From assembly GCF_963921235.1 (NCBI RefSeq), contig NC_086108.1, positions 9,176,001 to 9,240,000 of the forward strand: DNA of 64,000 nt. The letters are read 5' to 3'. Shown here one piece after another: positions 24,236 through 37,482 of this stretch. The position numbers and the translations under genes are program-made. Every line of letters starts with the position of its first letter. The stretch's first letter is position 1. Under the pieces are notes generated by a model. The model saw only the letters and a program-made list of their open reading frames with translations, ran no database searches and was not told the origin of the DNA. Source of the DNA: Mobula hypostoma. Its lineage: Eukaryota.

Positions 24236-24869
24236 AAGCTAATTAATAGAGCACTTTTCATGCATATGATGTAGTTCACAGTGCTTTACAATGGGATAAA
24301 AATACAAACATCAGAATAAAAATAAACATGAAGACTGTGCTCTCTGGTCCCAGAGTCCACCAACATCCTCTGCATGGCCACTCTATCCTGGCCTTTCAAT
24401 ATTTGATAGGTTTCAATTAGATCCCCCCCCCCATTCTTCTAATCGCCAGTGAGTACAGGCCCAAAGCCACTAAAATGCTCCTCATTTGTTAACCCTTCAT
24501 TCCTTGAATCATTCCCGTGAACCTCCTCTGGACTCTCTCCAATGTCAACACATCCAGGATTTAAGGGTCGGCACAACGTTGTGGGCTGAAGGGCCTGTAC
24601 TGTGCTGTACTATTCTATATTTAGATTGGGGCCCAAAACTGCCCCAAATGCTGTCTGACCGAATCCTTATAAAGCCTCAGCATTACTTCCTTGCTTTTGT
24701 ATTCTTGTCCACTCAAAATGAGTGTTAACATTACATTTGCCTTCCTCACCACCGACTCAACCTGCAAGTTAACCTTTAGGGAATCCTGCACAAGGACTCT
24801 CAGGTCCCTTGCACTTTGGAATTTTGAATTTGTTTCCTACTTAGAAAATATTCTATGCTTTTATTCCTT

Positions 24870-25106
24870 TGTTGGGCACATGGCCAAGTGGTGTAAGGCA
24901 TTCGTCTAGTTATCTCAAGGTCGCTAGTTTGAGCCTCAGCTGTGGCAGCGTGTTTGTGTCCTTGAGCAAGGCACTTAATCATACATTGCTCTAGTGTCTG
25001 AGCGAGGAGTGGCGCCCCACACAGACTTCCAATCTGCGCCTTGTAAGGCATGAAAATGCCCGACGCAGGTCTCTCATGTTCTGAGTCGATGTTCCCTCCC
25101 CCTCCC
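24870..25106 (+). mobile_element. tRNA-derived CORE-type SINE inserted in a CR1 fragment
   Basis: A box TGGCCAAGTGG, B-box-like GTTTGAGCC, CORE-like GTGTCCTTGAGCAAGGCACTTAA; 7-bp TSD ATTCCTT at 24863 and 25107. Confidence 0.8.
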
Positions 25107-25139
25107 ATTCCTTCTACCAAAGTGTATGACCATATATTT

Positions 25140-26690
25140 AATAATAGTAATAATATTACATGAACAAGAAACGTGAAAGCATTTTCATGTTCATCCTGGC
25201 TTTGGTTAAAAAGTCTAGCAGCAGCAGCAGTCTGAATGAGTTGAAGTTTGCCAATAGATTGCTTTGGAAGGCCAGTAAAAAGTTCATTGCAGTAATGCAG
25301 TCGATTCGATATAAAGGTGTGAATTCATTTTTCAGCATCATTATGTGACAGAATCAAATGTACCTTTGCAAAAGTTCTTCATTGCAGAAATGCTGCTCTG
25401 TCACTTTCTTTATGTGGCATTTAAAAATCAACTCTGAATCAAGAATTACTCCCAGGCTTGTAACATCTGATTTTACAAGGGAGTCAAATTCCCAAGTTTA
25501 TCAAGGTTTATCTCTTTTGGTTTTGGGACAAACCAACAGTATTTTAGTTTTATCTTTATTTAGTTTTAGGAAATTAGAAACATAGAAAACCTACAGCACA
25601 ATACAGGCCCTTTGACCCACAAAGCTGTGCCTAACATGTACTTACTTTAGAAATTACCTATGGTTACCCATAGCCCTCTATTTTTCTAAGCTCCGTATAC
25701 CTATCCAGCAGTCTTTTAAAAGACCCTATCATATCTGCCTCCACCACCGTCGCCAGGAGCCCATTCCACGTACTCACTACTCACTGCGTAAAAAAGCTTA
25801 CCCCTGACATCTCCTCTGTACCTACTTCCAAGCACCTTAAAACTATGCCTCCCGTGTTAGCCATCTCAGCCCTGGGAAGAAGTCTCTGACTATCCACATG
25901 CTCAATGCCTCTCATCATTATTTCTCATTCATTTGTTTATTGCAGCCGGACCAGAAGACAGAGAAGATGGAATGTTATCATCATCAGGCTCAACTAAGAT
26001 GGACAATTGTGTGTCATCTACATAACTGTTTGTGCTCTCTAATGATGTCTCCTAAGGGGAGCATGTACAAGGAGAAGAGTAGGGAACCAATCAGCTTTCC
26101 TGAGCAACACCAAAACGTACTACTTCTTCTTCATCATCACTCTCTCTCTCCCTCTCTCCTCTCTCTCAGAAAATTAGTCTCCAAGACAGACAAAACATTT
26201 TCTCTCTAAGACAAATGATAAAAATCATTTAAGGCCACTGGCAGAGAGGCCAACCCAATTCTCAAGGTGATCTAAGAGAATGTTGCGGTCAACTGTGTCA
26301 AAGGCAGCACTTAGGTTTAAAAGAATTAGAACTGAGACTCTGTTGGCATCAGTGCTGAGCCTAAGGTCACTGAAAATTTTGGTAAGGGCTGTCTTCGTGC
26401 TGTGGTTTGCTCTGAAAACTTGACTGAAAATTTTTCTAGAATATTGTTCTCATTCTGAAAGTTGTTGAGTTGCTTGAAAATGTCTTTCTCAAGAATCTTG
26501 CCCGGGAGGCGAAGATTTGGTTAGCTAGTACTTCACTATCAAGGTTTGGCTTTTTAAGTAGGGGTTTGACAGCCGCAATTTTGAAGGAAAAACTTCTGTT
26601 TCAAGAGATGTGTTCATAATTTTCCTAACAGAATTGAAAACACTATTAAAAGAGTACTTAAAAAATGTGGCAGGGACAGGGTCAAGGTTT
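25140..26690 (-). mobile_element. Old L2-type LINE RT relic, with nested CR1 3' end (~25575-25920)
   Basis: Decayed minus-strand RT motifs (LVLL.LSAAFDTVD-like near 26290-26330; RIDC, QNAAAR-like near 25220-25310). Confidence 0.6.
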
Positions 26691-27010
26691 ACCCTTTGTT
26701 ACTGTAGGAGCCATGTATCTATGTTCTATCATATTTTGTGTTGTGTGTTTATTATGGGTAGTCACTATTCTTTGCATTTCTGGTTAGATGCTAAATGCAT
26801 TTCATTGGCTTTGTATCTGTACTCGGCATAATGACAATAAAGTTGAATCTAATCTAATCTTGTGGGTTGGAGTGTGATAGAAGTGAAGAGCTTAGTTACT
26901 CATGCTTTGTCTTGGGGGTCAGTCTAGTTTGGGTACAGCTAGAGTGTGGGCAGAGGGTGTGATATCCTTTTTGTTAACCACTTAAACGCACTTAAAATCA
27001 TTTAGTTATA

Positions 27011-27164
27011 CAGGTCGACCTTCACTAATCTGGCACCATTGGGACCTGAGGAGTGCCAGATTAGTGAAAATGCCGAATTACAGAAGGATCACATAAAGCA
27101 TAATCAGTGCCAGATTATCGAAGGAACCAGATTACAGGGAGTCGGATTAGTGAAGGTCGACCTG
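27011..27164. mobile_element. Tc1/mariner (pogo/Tigger-like) MITE, 154 bp
   Basis: Perfect 20-bp TIR CAGGTCGACCTTCACTAATC with TA on both sides. Confidence 0.92.
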
Positions 27165-27562
27165 TATTTGAATACTTTTAAATACATTTAAGAATGCTTG
27201 GCTTAATTACATTTAATATGCTAAGACTGTTTCATTATATCGCTCGTTTAGTCTCATTACTTTTTATCGTTTTCAAGAGTGTTCATTTTGCTGGTTTCTT
27301 AATAAAAGATTGAACGTGTTCTTCGACTTTGGAACTTTGTGATTGAATGAATAGTGTGTCATACAGTCTCAATCCACCCCCCACCCCCCACTCTTTACTC
27401 TCTACGCAGTTTCGGTTCGTTTCCAAGTAACTGCTACAGTTACAATCTTATAAAGTTCTGAATCAGAAATACCCTGTACTGGTAAACTTTGACACAGTTG
27501 CTCTCTTTTTGATGAGGTTAGCTATAGGGGTTACCAGAGTCTGTAGCTACAGAGCCAGTTGT

Positions 27563-27935
27563 CATTGTATTTAATATTTCAGTAATATCTGTCAAATAAT
27601 ATTTGATTCAGCATTGTTGTTTGTGTACATAATTCATTACGGGTTATATGTAAAAGTACATAAATGGCATATGTCATTATACCACCACATCATAAGTGTG
27701 CACCTCACTAAAGTAAAATGAAATGCAACTAAACACTCAAAACATTAAACTAGTTTAAAAGTCCGGGAATGTGGGTCCAACCGGGTTTACTTTAAGCAAG
27801 GGTGCATGTATCACGTGGTAGCATGATGACATATGCATTTCACGTAGTTGTACATATGACCCATAATGAATTACTTAAATGAACTGGAATGCTCAGTCAA
27901 ACTATATTATTTATATATCTATATTATATATACAC
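27563..27935. mobile_element. Gypsy LTR (+) followed by same-family LTR (-)
   Basis: TGTATTTAATATTTCAGTAAT...CACCTCACTAAAGTAAAA as at 32136, then a reverse-oriented homolog as at 32319. Confidence 0.7.
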
Positions 27936-29830
27936 ATGCCAGAGGACTGGAAAATTGCAAATGTCACTCCACTCTTTAAGAAAGGAGGAAGGCAGCAGAA
28001 AGTAAATTATAGAGCAGTTAGCCTGACCTCAGTGGTTAAGGATGAGGTGATGGAGTACCTGGTGACACAGGACAAGATAGGATAAAGTCAGAATGGTTTC
28101 CTTAAGGGAAAATCTTGCCTGACAAACCTATTGGAATTCTTTGAGGAGATTACAAGTAGGATAGAGAAAGGGAATGCAGTGGATGTTGTATATTTGGACT
28201 TACAGAAGGCTTTTAACAAGGTGCCACACATGAGGCTGCTTACCAAGTTAAGAGCCCATGGTATTACAGGAAAGTTACTGGCATGGTTATAGCATTGGCT
28301 GATCGGCAGGAGGTAGTGAGTGGGAATAAAAGGATCGTTTTCTAGTTGGCTGCCAGTGACTAGTAGTGTTCTGCAGGGTTCAGTGTTGGGACCACTTCTT
28401 TTTATGCTGTATGTTAATGATTTAGATGATGGAATAGATGGCTTTGTTGCCAAGTTTGCAGATGATATGAAGATTCGTGGAGGAACAGGTAGCATTGAGG
28501 AAACAGGTAGGCTTCAGAAGTCCTTAGACAGATTAGGATAATGGGCAAGAAAGTGGCAAATGAAAAACAATGCAGGAAAATGAATGAAACATAGAAATCT
28601 ACAGCACATTACAGGCCCTTCGGCCCACAATGTTGTGCCAACCATGTAACCTACTCTAGAAACTGCCTAGAATCTCCCTACCACATAGCCCTCTACTTTT
28701 CGAAGCTCCATGTACCTATCTAAGAGTCTCCTAAAAGACCCTGTTGTATCTGCCTCTACCTCCTTCGCTGGCAGTGTATCCCACGCACCCACCACTGTCC
28801 GTGTGAAAAACTTAACCTCTGACATCTCCCTTGTACCTACTTCCAAGCACCTTAAAACTATGGCCCCTTGTGTTAGCTATTTCAGCCCTGGGAAAAAGCC
28901 TCTGACTATCCACACGATCAATGCCTCTCATCATCTTATACACCTCTATCAGGTCACCTCTCATCCTCTGTTGCTCCAAGGAGAAAAGGCCAAGTTCACT
29001 CAACCTATTCTCATAAGGCACGTTCCCCAATCCAGGCAACATCCTTGTAAGTCATGCACTTTCTTAGTAAAAATAAATGTGCAGGCTATTTTCTAAATGG
29101 GGAGAAAATCCAAAAATCTGAGATGCAAAGGGAGTCCTTGTGCAGAACACCCTGAAGGTTAACTTGCAGGTTGAGTCAGTGGTGAGGAAGGCAAATGCCA
29201 TGTTAGCATTCATTTCAAAGGTCTAGAATATGAGAACAGGGATGTGATGCTGAGGGATGTGCTGGTGAGGCCTCACTTGGAGTATTTGAACAGTTTTCGG
29301 CACCTCATCTAAGAAAAGATGTGCTGGCATTGGCGAAGGTTCAGAGGAGGTTCACAAGGATGACTCCAGGAATGGAAGGGGTATCATACAAGGAACGTTT
29401 GATGGCTCTGGCTCTGTACTCGCTGGAATTCAGAAGGATCAAAGGGGATCTCATTGAAGCCTTTCAGATGTTTAAAGGCCTGGACACAGTAGATGTGGAA
29501 AGGATGTTTCCCATGGTGGTGGAATGTAGGACAAGAGGGCACAGCCTCGGGATAGAGTGGCATCCATTTAAAACCGAGGGGTGGAGAAATTTCTTTTAAC
29601 CAGAGGGTGGTGAATTTGTGGAATTTGTTACCACAGGCAGCTGTGGGTCCAGGTCGTTGGGTGTGTTTAAGACAGAGATTGATAGGTTCTTGATTGGACA
29701 CAGCAAAGGTTACAGAAAGAAGGCTGGGAAATGGGCCTGGGGAGGGGGAAAAGGATCAGCCATGATTGAATGGTGGAGCAGACTCAATGGGCCAAATGGC
29801 CTAATTCTGTTCCTATGTCTTATGGTCTTA
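27936..29830 (+). mobile_element. CR1 LINE RT fragment with nested antisense CR1 (~28586-29050)
   Basis: [34 protein letters not shown]; the nested copy encodes QRMRGDLIEVYK on minus. Confidence 0.9.
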
Positions 29831-30069
29831 TAATTTGTAACGACCAGTGTGCAATATTTTGCCCAGTGACAACATCATGTGCACACCGAATAATTTCTTC
29901 AATAAAATCAGTATAAATAGGCCAGATGTAAAATCTGCAAAGATTGTGTCCAATTGTGGAATATACTTAACATGCCAACGAGGTGGAGGGTGACAACCAT
30001 TTGTGTGCAATTTAAATTCCTTTGTGTGCTCGTAGGAAAAGATGTGTGCACGTGGAAACCTGAGAGGCA

Positions 30070-31460
30070 ACATTGCCCTCTGCCCAGGATAGAGGAGATC
30101 TTTGTAAACCTCTGAGGCAAACTCTTCAGCAAAGTGGACTAAGCTGAGGCCTACCTACAGATGGCGATGGAAGAAGAGTCCAAAATGCTTCTCACCTTAA
30201 ACACTCACAAAGGGAGAGCTTTTTCACTATGATAGGCTTATTTTTGGAGTAGCATCTGCACCTGCATTCTGGCAGAAAGCGATGGACCAGGTGCTACAAG
30301 GCTGCCCAGGCACGCAGTGTTACCTGGATGACATCATTTTTACCGTTGAGTAATGACAAGGAGCATCTCTAAAATTTCAAGACAGAGTTAAAAAGATTAG
30401 AAGATTACGGGCTCAGAGCATGACACAAGCGTGAATTTTAATAAGTTCACGGTAAGTATAAGCCGAGTATTACTTCCTGTGGTTACACCATCAACACACA
30501 AGGAATGCACAAATATACTGAGAAAATTCAAGCAGTGCTAGATGCTCCAAGGCCAAAGGATGTGTCATAGTTGTGGTCCTTTCCAGAATTTGTCAATTAC
30601 TAGAACAGGCTACTGTGCTCACTACTTGAACTCATGAGTACAGATCGGGGGGGAAACGGCAATGGACCAAGCAGCGTGAAGTGGCTTTCCAGAAGACAAA
30701 GGAAGTGGTGATGTCAGACAGTGTACTCACACATCATATCCATGTCATCCAGTGAAGCTTGCCTGTGAATGGTACAGGTACAATCACATTACACGTTGTG
30801 AGTGATAGAATTGAACACCCCATAACCTTTGCATCACATCCCCCTATGCTGCAGAGAAACTTCTGCAGAGATTGACAGAGAGATTATGAGTTGGGTTTGG
30901 GGTGTGAAATATTTCAACTGGCAACTTGTATGGCAGAGAGTTTAGCCTCATTGCTGATCAACAATCACTAGTGTTCATTTTCAGACCACAGAAGTGTGTC
31001 CCACTGCCAGCAGCAGCACGAATGCAGCGATGGGCTCTGCTTCCCGGGGCTGGGATGAACTTACCCTTGACGGTCGTTGCCTTATGTGGGGATTGGGAGC
31101 TGTTGTACCACCCAAGCTGAGAGCTCAAATATCATCCAGTCATCAAGGCATGGTCAAGGTGAAAGCACTGGCTTGAAGCTTTGTCTGACGGCCTAGGATA
31201 GGTCAGCGGATTCAGCAGCTTGCCATGCACCATTCAGGATGTCAACATGTGCAAAAGAAAGGTACTTAGAGCTGTCAAAACCACTCCCTACAGTCCCAGA
31301 GTCAACTGCTTCAACCACCATGGAGGAGGCCCCACCCCACAGCCACAAGTCTCATCTGCTCACCTGCCAGGTACAGTGATCTCCCTGTTCAGGAAGAGAT
31401 TATCTCACAACAGTACGAAATCCTCCACCGTGATTAAGTCTTTAGGTCTGAATAGAACCA
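30070..31460 (+). mobile_element. Decayed Ty3/Gypsy (Mag-like) pol
   Basis: [62 protein letters not shown]; many stops and frameshifts. Confidence 0.9.
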
Positions 31461-31494
31461 TTTGAAATTCACAGTGCTGTGGATGTCTATATAT

Positions 31495-31975
31495 TTTTTT
31501 AAATATTTGCTCACCCCTTATGAGTGGTATGTATGTGTATTTTTCCTTCTGTCTCGGGTCCTCTACCACAGGCCTGGGACTTTGAGGGTTTGGCGCAGTC
31601 TCTTTGCTGCTCCTAGTAGTGTGTTCCTCTGGACTGAGATCTCAGATGTTGTTCCCGGGATTTGTTGGAGCCACTCTCCCATTCCAGGTGTCACGGCTCC
31701 AGGTGCTCCTCTCACCACCGGGATTACTCTGGCCTTAACCTTCCACATCCTTTCTATCTGCTCTTTCAAACCCCGGTATTTCTCCAGCTTCTCATATTCT
31801 TTCTTCCTGATGTTACTGGCATTCAGGATTGCCACATCTATATTACGATTGCTTCCTTCTGTTCCTTGTCCAGTATTACTATGTCTGGTTGGTTGGCCAG
31901 TACCTGCTTATCAGTCTGGATTTGCAAGTCCCACAGAATCTTAGCTCTGTCATCTTCCACTACGTTCTCAGGTGT
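31495..31975 (-). mobile_element. R4-clade (Rex6/Dong-like) non-LTR retrotransposon 3' end, restriction-like endonuclease region
   Basis: KEYEKLEKYRGLKEQIERMWKVKARVIPVV.GA.GAVTP..GEWLQQIPG...LW. Confidence 0.8.
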
Positions 31976-32135
31976 ATATGTACACACACACACAAACACA
32001 TATACGTCATATCTTTACATGCTTTCAACTCACATATATAACATATTGCTCTATATATGACTATACAGCAATATGCTATATATGTGAGTTGAGATGCATT
32101 CTATATTGAGTTTGAGTTTATAGCTAAGCAAGGAA

Positions 32136-32620
32136 TGTTGTGTATTTAATATTTCAGTAATATTTAAGTAATATTGTAAGTATATTGTTTGATTAAGTTT
32201 TTTTTACAAAATTCATTACGGGGTTATATGTAAAAGTACGTGAATGGTATACGCCATTAAGCCACCATGTCATAAGTGCGCACCTCACTAAAGTAAAAAG
32301 AAACTAGAGGTGCGTGAGTGTTATGTTATATGAATTCACAACATTAAACTAATTCAAAAGAAGACACAGTTGTCCGGGAGGGAACACGGGTATAATTTTG
32401 TGTCTACTTTAAGTGAGATGCACATGTATCATGATGACACATGCAATTCATGTATTTATACATATGTAATAAATTATTTAAATGAACAAGAATGCTTAAT
32501 GAACCAATATGTGTATATATTATGCATGTGTGTGAGTGTGTGTGTGAGTGTGTGAGTGTGTGTGTGTGTGAGTGTGTGTGTGAGTGTGTGTGTGTGTGTG
32601 AGTGTGTGTGTGAGTGTGTG

Positions 32621-32684
<64 letters not shown>

Positions 32685-32837
32685 TGTGTGTGTGTGTGTG
32701 TGAGTGTGTGTGTGTGTGTGTGTGTGAGTGTGTGTGCGTGTGTGTGTGTGAGTGTGTGTGTGTGAGTGTGTGTGTGTGTGTGAGTGTGTGTGTGAGTGTG
32801 TGAGAGTGTGTGTGTGTGTGTGTGTGTGTGAGTGTGT

Positions 32838-32918
<81 letters not shown>

Positions 32919-33024
32919 TGTGTGTGTGTGTGTGTGAGTGTGTGTGTGTGTATGTGAGTGTGTGTGTGAGTGTGTGTGTGTGAGTGTGTGTGTGTGTGAG
33001 TGTGTGTGTGAGTGTGTGTGTGTG

Positions 33025-33068
<44 letters not shown>

Positions 33069-33093
33069 TGTGTGTGTGTGTGTGCGTGTGTGT

Positions 33094-33132
<39 letters not shown>

Positions 33133-33233
33133 TGTGTGTGTGTGTGAGTGTGTGTGTGTGAGTGTGTGTGTGTGTGTGAGTGTGTGTGTGTGTGAGTGTG
33201 TGTGTGTGAGTGTGTGTGTGTGTGAGTGTGTGT

Positions 33234-33326
<93 letters not shown>

Positions 33327-33333
33327 TGTGTGT

Positions 33334-33378
<45 letters not shown>

Positions 33379-33505
33379 TGTGTGTGCGTGTGAGTGTGTG
33401 TGTGTGTGTGCGTGTGTGTGTGTGAGTGTGTGAGTGTGTGTGAGTGTGTGTGTGTGAGTGTGTGTGTGTGTGTGTGTGAGTGTGTGTGTGTGTGAGTGTG
33501 TGTGT

Positions 33506-33536
<31 letters not shown>

Positions 33537-34025
33537 AGTGTGTGAGTGTGTGTGTGAGTGTGTGTGTGTGAGTGTGTGAGTGTGTGTGGGAGTGTGTGTG
33601 TGTGTGTGTGTGTGAGTGTGTGAGTGTGTGTGAGTGTGTGTGTGTGTGTGAGTGTGTGTGTGTGTGTGTGAGTGTGTGAGTGTGTGTGTGTGAGTGTGTG
33701 TGTGTGTGTGTGAGTGTGTGTGTGAGTGTGTGTGTGAGAGTGTGTGTGTGAGTGTGTGTGAGTGTGTGTGTGTGTGTGTGTTTGTGTGTGTGAGTGTGTG
33801 TGTGAGTGTGTGTGTGTGAGTGTGTGTGTGTGAGTGTGTGTGTGTGTGTGTGTGAGTGTGTGTGTGTTTGTTTGTGTGTGTGAGTGTGTGTGTGAGTGTG
33901 TGTGTGTGTGTGTTTGTTTGTGTGTGTGAGTGTGTGTGTGAGTGTGTGTGAGTGTGTGTGTGTGTGTGTGAGTGTGTGTGTGTGTGTGTGTGTATGTGTG
34001 TGTGTGTGTGTGTGTGAGTGTGTGT

Positions 34026-34068
<43 letters not shown>

Positions 34069-34187
34069 TGTGTACACACACACACAAGATAACTCAAAAA
34101 TGACTAAAATATTAAATATACAACAACGAGTTATTCCCGGCTCTGTGTTTTTCGTGGTTTTATGTTTTGAAGTTAAATAATATAACA
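32136..34187 (+). mobile_element. Gypsy 3' LTR containing an antisense same-family LTR (32319-34125)
   Basis: Purine tract then TGTTGTG...TATAACA; the inner element TGTTATG...TACAACA is flanked by GTGAG/ACGAG. Confidence 0.75.
32520..34086. repeat. ~1.55 kb interrupted (TG)n/(TGAG) microsatellite
   Basis: Directly visible; source of the His-Thr ORFs. Confidence 0.98.
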
Positions 34188-34598
34188 GTCATAGACTGTA
34201 GACTTCAGGAAGGCAGTGGGTGGGGTGGGGGTTGCGGTGAACAGGCTCCTGTCCACATCAATGGTGTTGAGGTTGAGAGTGTTGAGAGCTTCAAGTTCCT
34301 AGCATTGAATATCACCCATAGCCTGTCCTGATCCGACCAAGTAGATGTCACAGCTGAGCAACATCACCCATGGCTCTACTTCCTCAGGAGACCAAAGAAA
34401 TACAGCACATCTTCAGTCTTACCAGTTTTTATCAATGAACGTCAGAAAGCATCCTGTCTGGATGCACCACGGCTCAGTACAGCGACTGCTCTACATGTGA
34501 CTGCAAAGAAACACACAAAATGCTGACGGAACTCAGCAGGTCAAGGCAATATCTATGGACATGGGTAAACAGTCAATGGTTTGGGCTGAGGCCCTTCA

Positions 34599-37482
34599 AC
34601 ACACTGCATTGATGGAAACCTGGAAAGATGCACTATTTACCGAGGAAGCGTTGGAAAAGAGCTGGGCTGCTGGTCAGATTGAAGCTGAGGGGCTTCAGGG
34701 TCCCTATGCCCACCATCCTACTAGCTAATGTGCAAGCCACAGAGAACAAGGTGGATGATCTTAAAGGGAGACTCACCTACTGCAGGGAGATGCAGAACTG
34801 CTGTGTATTCTGTTTCACCGAGACCTGGCTCTCCCCTGCCACCCCCGACTGTGCCATCTGATCGGAGGGATTTTCGATCCATCGGATGGACCGCACAGCG
34901 TCTTCAGTCAAGACGAGGGGAGGTGGTGTCTGCCTACTGATCAACACTGGGTGGTGCTCGGACACAGTGGCACTGACAAGCTCCTGCAGCCCGGACCTGG
35001 AACACGTCAGTGAAGTGTCCCTCCAGACGGACGTGGAGTGTGCTCTGAACATACTCTGTGCCAACATCAGTGAACTTGAGACCAGGTATCCGGAGGCTTT
35101 GCTCATTACAGCCGGGGACTTTAACCAGGCCAACCTCAGAAAGGTGCTGCCAAAGTTATACCAACATGTCTCCTGCCCCACTAGAGGCCCGAATATACTT
35201 GACCACTGCTACACAGCAGTCAAGGATGCCTACCGTTCTGTCCCACGACTTCACTTCGGAAAATCAGTCCATCAGGCTGTACTCCTCCTCCTGGCTTACA
35301 AACAGAAACTGAAGCGGGAGGTCATGGTGTCATAAGTGGTGTCACGTTGGACGGGGGAAGCAGATGAGATCCTCCGTGACTGCTTTGAATCGGTGGATGG
35401 TTAGTATTCAAGGACTCGGCAGCTAACCTCGATGAGTATGCCTCAGCTGTCACGGACTTTATTTGGAAATGCACGGAGGACTATGTGTCTCGCAAGACGA
35501 TCCGGGTATTCCCTAACCAGAAACCTTGGATGAAATATGAGGTCAAGTCCCTTTTAAAGGCTAGAGCTGCGGCTTTTAGGTCCGGGAATACCAGTCGCTA
35601 CACGGAATCCAGGCGTGAACTCCGGAAAGCCATTAAGGGCGCCAAGAGGCAATATCGAGCCAAGTTGGAAGCCCAGGCTAACCAAAGGGATGCCAGTAGA
35701 CTATGGCAGGGTCTAAATGAGATCACTGGGTGCAAAGAAAAGGCTGGGAGTATCAATAACTGTGGCACTTCTCTTCCTGATGAACTTAACGTATTCTATG
35801 TATTCCCTCCGGATGAACCAGACCTGGTGGCATCGAGATTCATCGTCACCAAGGAGGACGTTAGAAGGGCCTTCCTGAAGATAAATCCAAGGAAGGTGAC
35901 GGGCCCAGATGGCGTCCCGGGACGGGTTCTCCGGGCCTGTGCAAGCGAGCTAGCTGGAGTGTTTGCTGACATCTTCCACTGCTCCTTGCTTCAGTCTAAG
36001 ATCCCCTCGTGTTTTAAGAAGGCAACGATAATCCCCGTGCCGAAGAAGAGGAAGGTGACATGCCTGAATGACTATCGACCTGTGGCTCTGACATCAATTG
36101 CTATGAAGTGCTTCGAGAGATTGGTTATGGCACACATCAACCACAGCCTACCGGTCAACCTCGACGCTTTGCAATTCGCCTACCGGAGCAACAGGTCAAC
36201 GGCAGATGCCATCTCTCTGGCCCTACATTCCTCCTCAGAACACCTGGAGAATAAAGACGCATACGTAAGGCTCCTTTTCATTGACTACAGCTCTGCCTTT
36301 AATACCATCATTCCAAATAAACTGATCCCTAAGCTCCGGAACCTGAGCCTTAGCACTCAGATCTGCAGCTGGATCTTCAACTTCCTCACAGACAGGACCC
36401 AGGCTGTAAAAATAGGGACAAGCTCTCCTCTACAATCACTCTGAGCACCGGTGCCCCACAAGGCTGTGTACTCAGCCCCCTGCTGTACTCACTGTACACC
36501 CATGATTGTGTAGCCAAGTTTCCATCAAACTCAATATATAAGTTTGCTGATGACACAACAATTGTAGGCCGAATCTCGAGTAATGATGAGTTTGAGTACA
36601 GAGAGGAAATTAAGAACCTGGTAGCATGGTGCGAAGACAATAACCTATCCCTCAATGTCAGCAAGATGAAGGAATTGGTTGTTGACTTCAGAAGGAGTAG
36701 CGGACCGCACGACCCAATTTACATCGGTGGTGCGCAAGTGGAACAGGTCAAAAGCTTTAAGTTCCTTGGGGTCAATATCACAAATGACCTGACTTGGTCC
36801 AACCAAGCAGAGTCCACTGCCAAGAAGGCCCACCAGTGCTTTTACTTCCTGAGAAAACTAAAGAAATTTGACCTGTCCCCTAAAACCCTAACTAATTTTT
36901 ATAGATGCACCGTAGAAAGCATTCTTCTAGGGTGCATCACAACCTGGTATGGAGTTGTCCTGTCCAAGACTGAAAGAAGCTGCAGAAGATCGTGAACACG
37001 GCGCAGCACATCACACAAACCAATCTTCCATCCGTGGACTCACTTTACACCGCACGCTGTCGGAGCAGTGCTGCCAGGATAATCAAGGACATGACCCACC
37101 CAACCAACACACTCTTCGTCCCTCTTCCCTCCAGGAGAAGGCTCAGGAGCTTGAAGACTCGTACAGCCAGATTTGGGAACAGCTTCTTTCCAACTGTGAC
37201 AAGACTGCTGAACGGATCCTGACCCTGATCTGGGCCGTACCCTCCAAATATCCAGACCTGCCTCTCCGTTTTTTTGCACTACCTTACTTTCTATTATTCT
37301 ATTTTCTATTTATGATTTATAATTAAAATTTTTAATATTTACTAGTTTTTACTATTTTTAATATTTTTAATATTTAGTATTTGTAATCCAGGGAGTGGGA
37401 AGCGCAGATTCAAATATCGCTGTGATGATTGTACGTTCTAGTATCAATTGTTTGGTGACAATAAAGTATAAAGTATAAAGTA
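34599..37482 (+). mobile_element. Near full-length Rex1/Babar LINE (APE + RT), disrupted
   Basis: LLANVQ, CFTETWL, GGGVC, GDFNQ, LDHCY, GPDGV, DYRPVALTS, LFIDYSSAFNTI, GAPQGCVLSP, KFADD; (AAAGTAT)n tail. Confidence 0.95.

Noticed and set aside
24874..24945. tRNA gene
   Set aside because: A/B boxes are followed by a SINE core and bounded by a TSD; no complete cloverleaf or terminator.
32404..34097. His/Thr-rich 525-559 aa ORFs
   Set aside because: Translation of a (CA)n microsatellite.
35485..36444. Functional reverse transcriptase gene
   Set aside because: Part of a Rex1 copy with frameshifts and stops before the catalytic motif.
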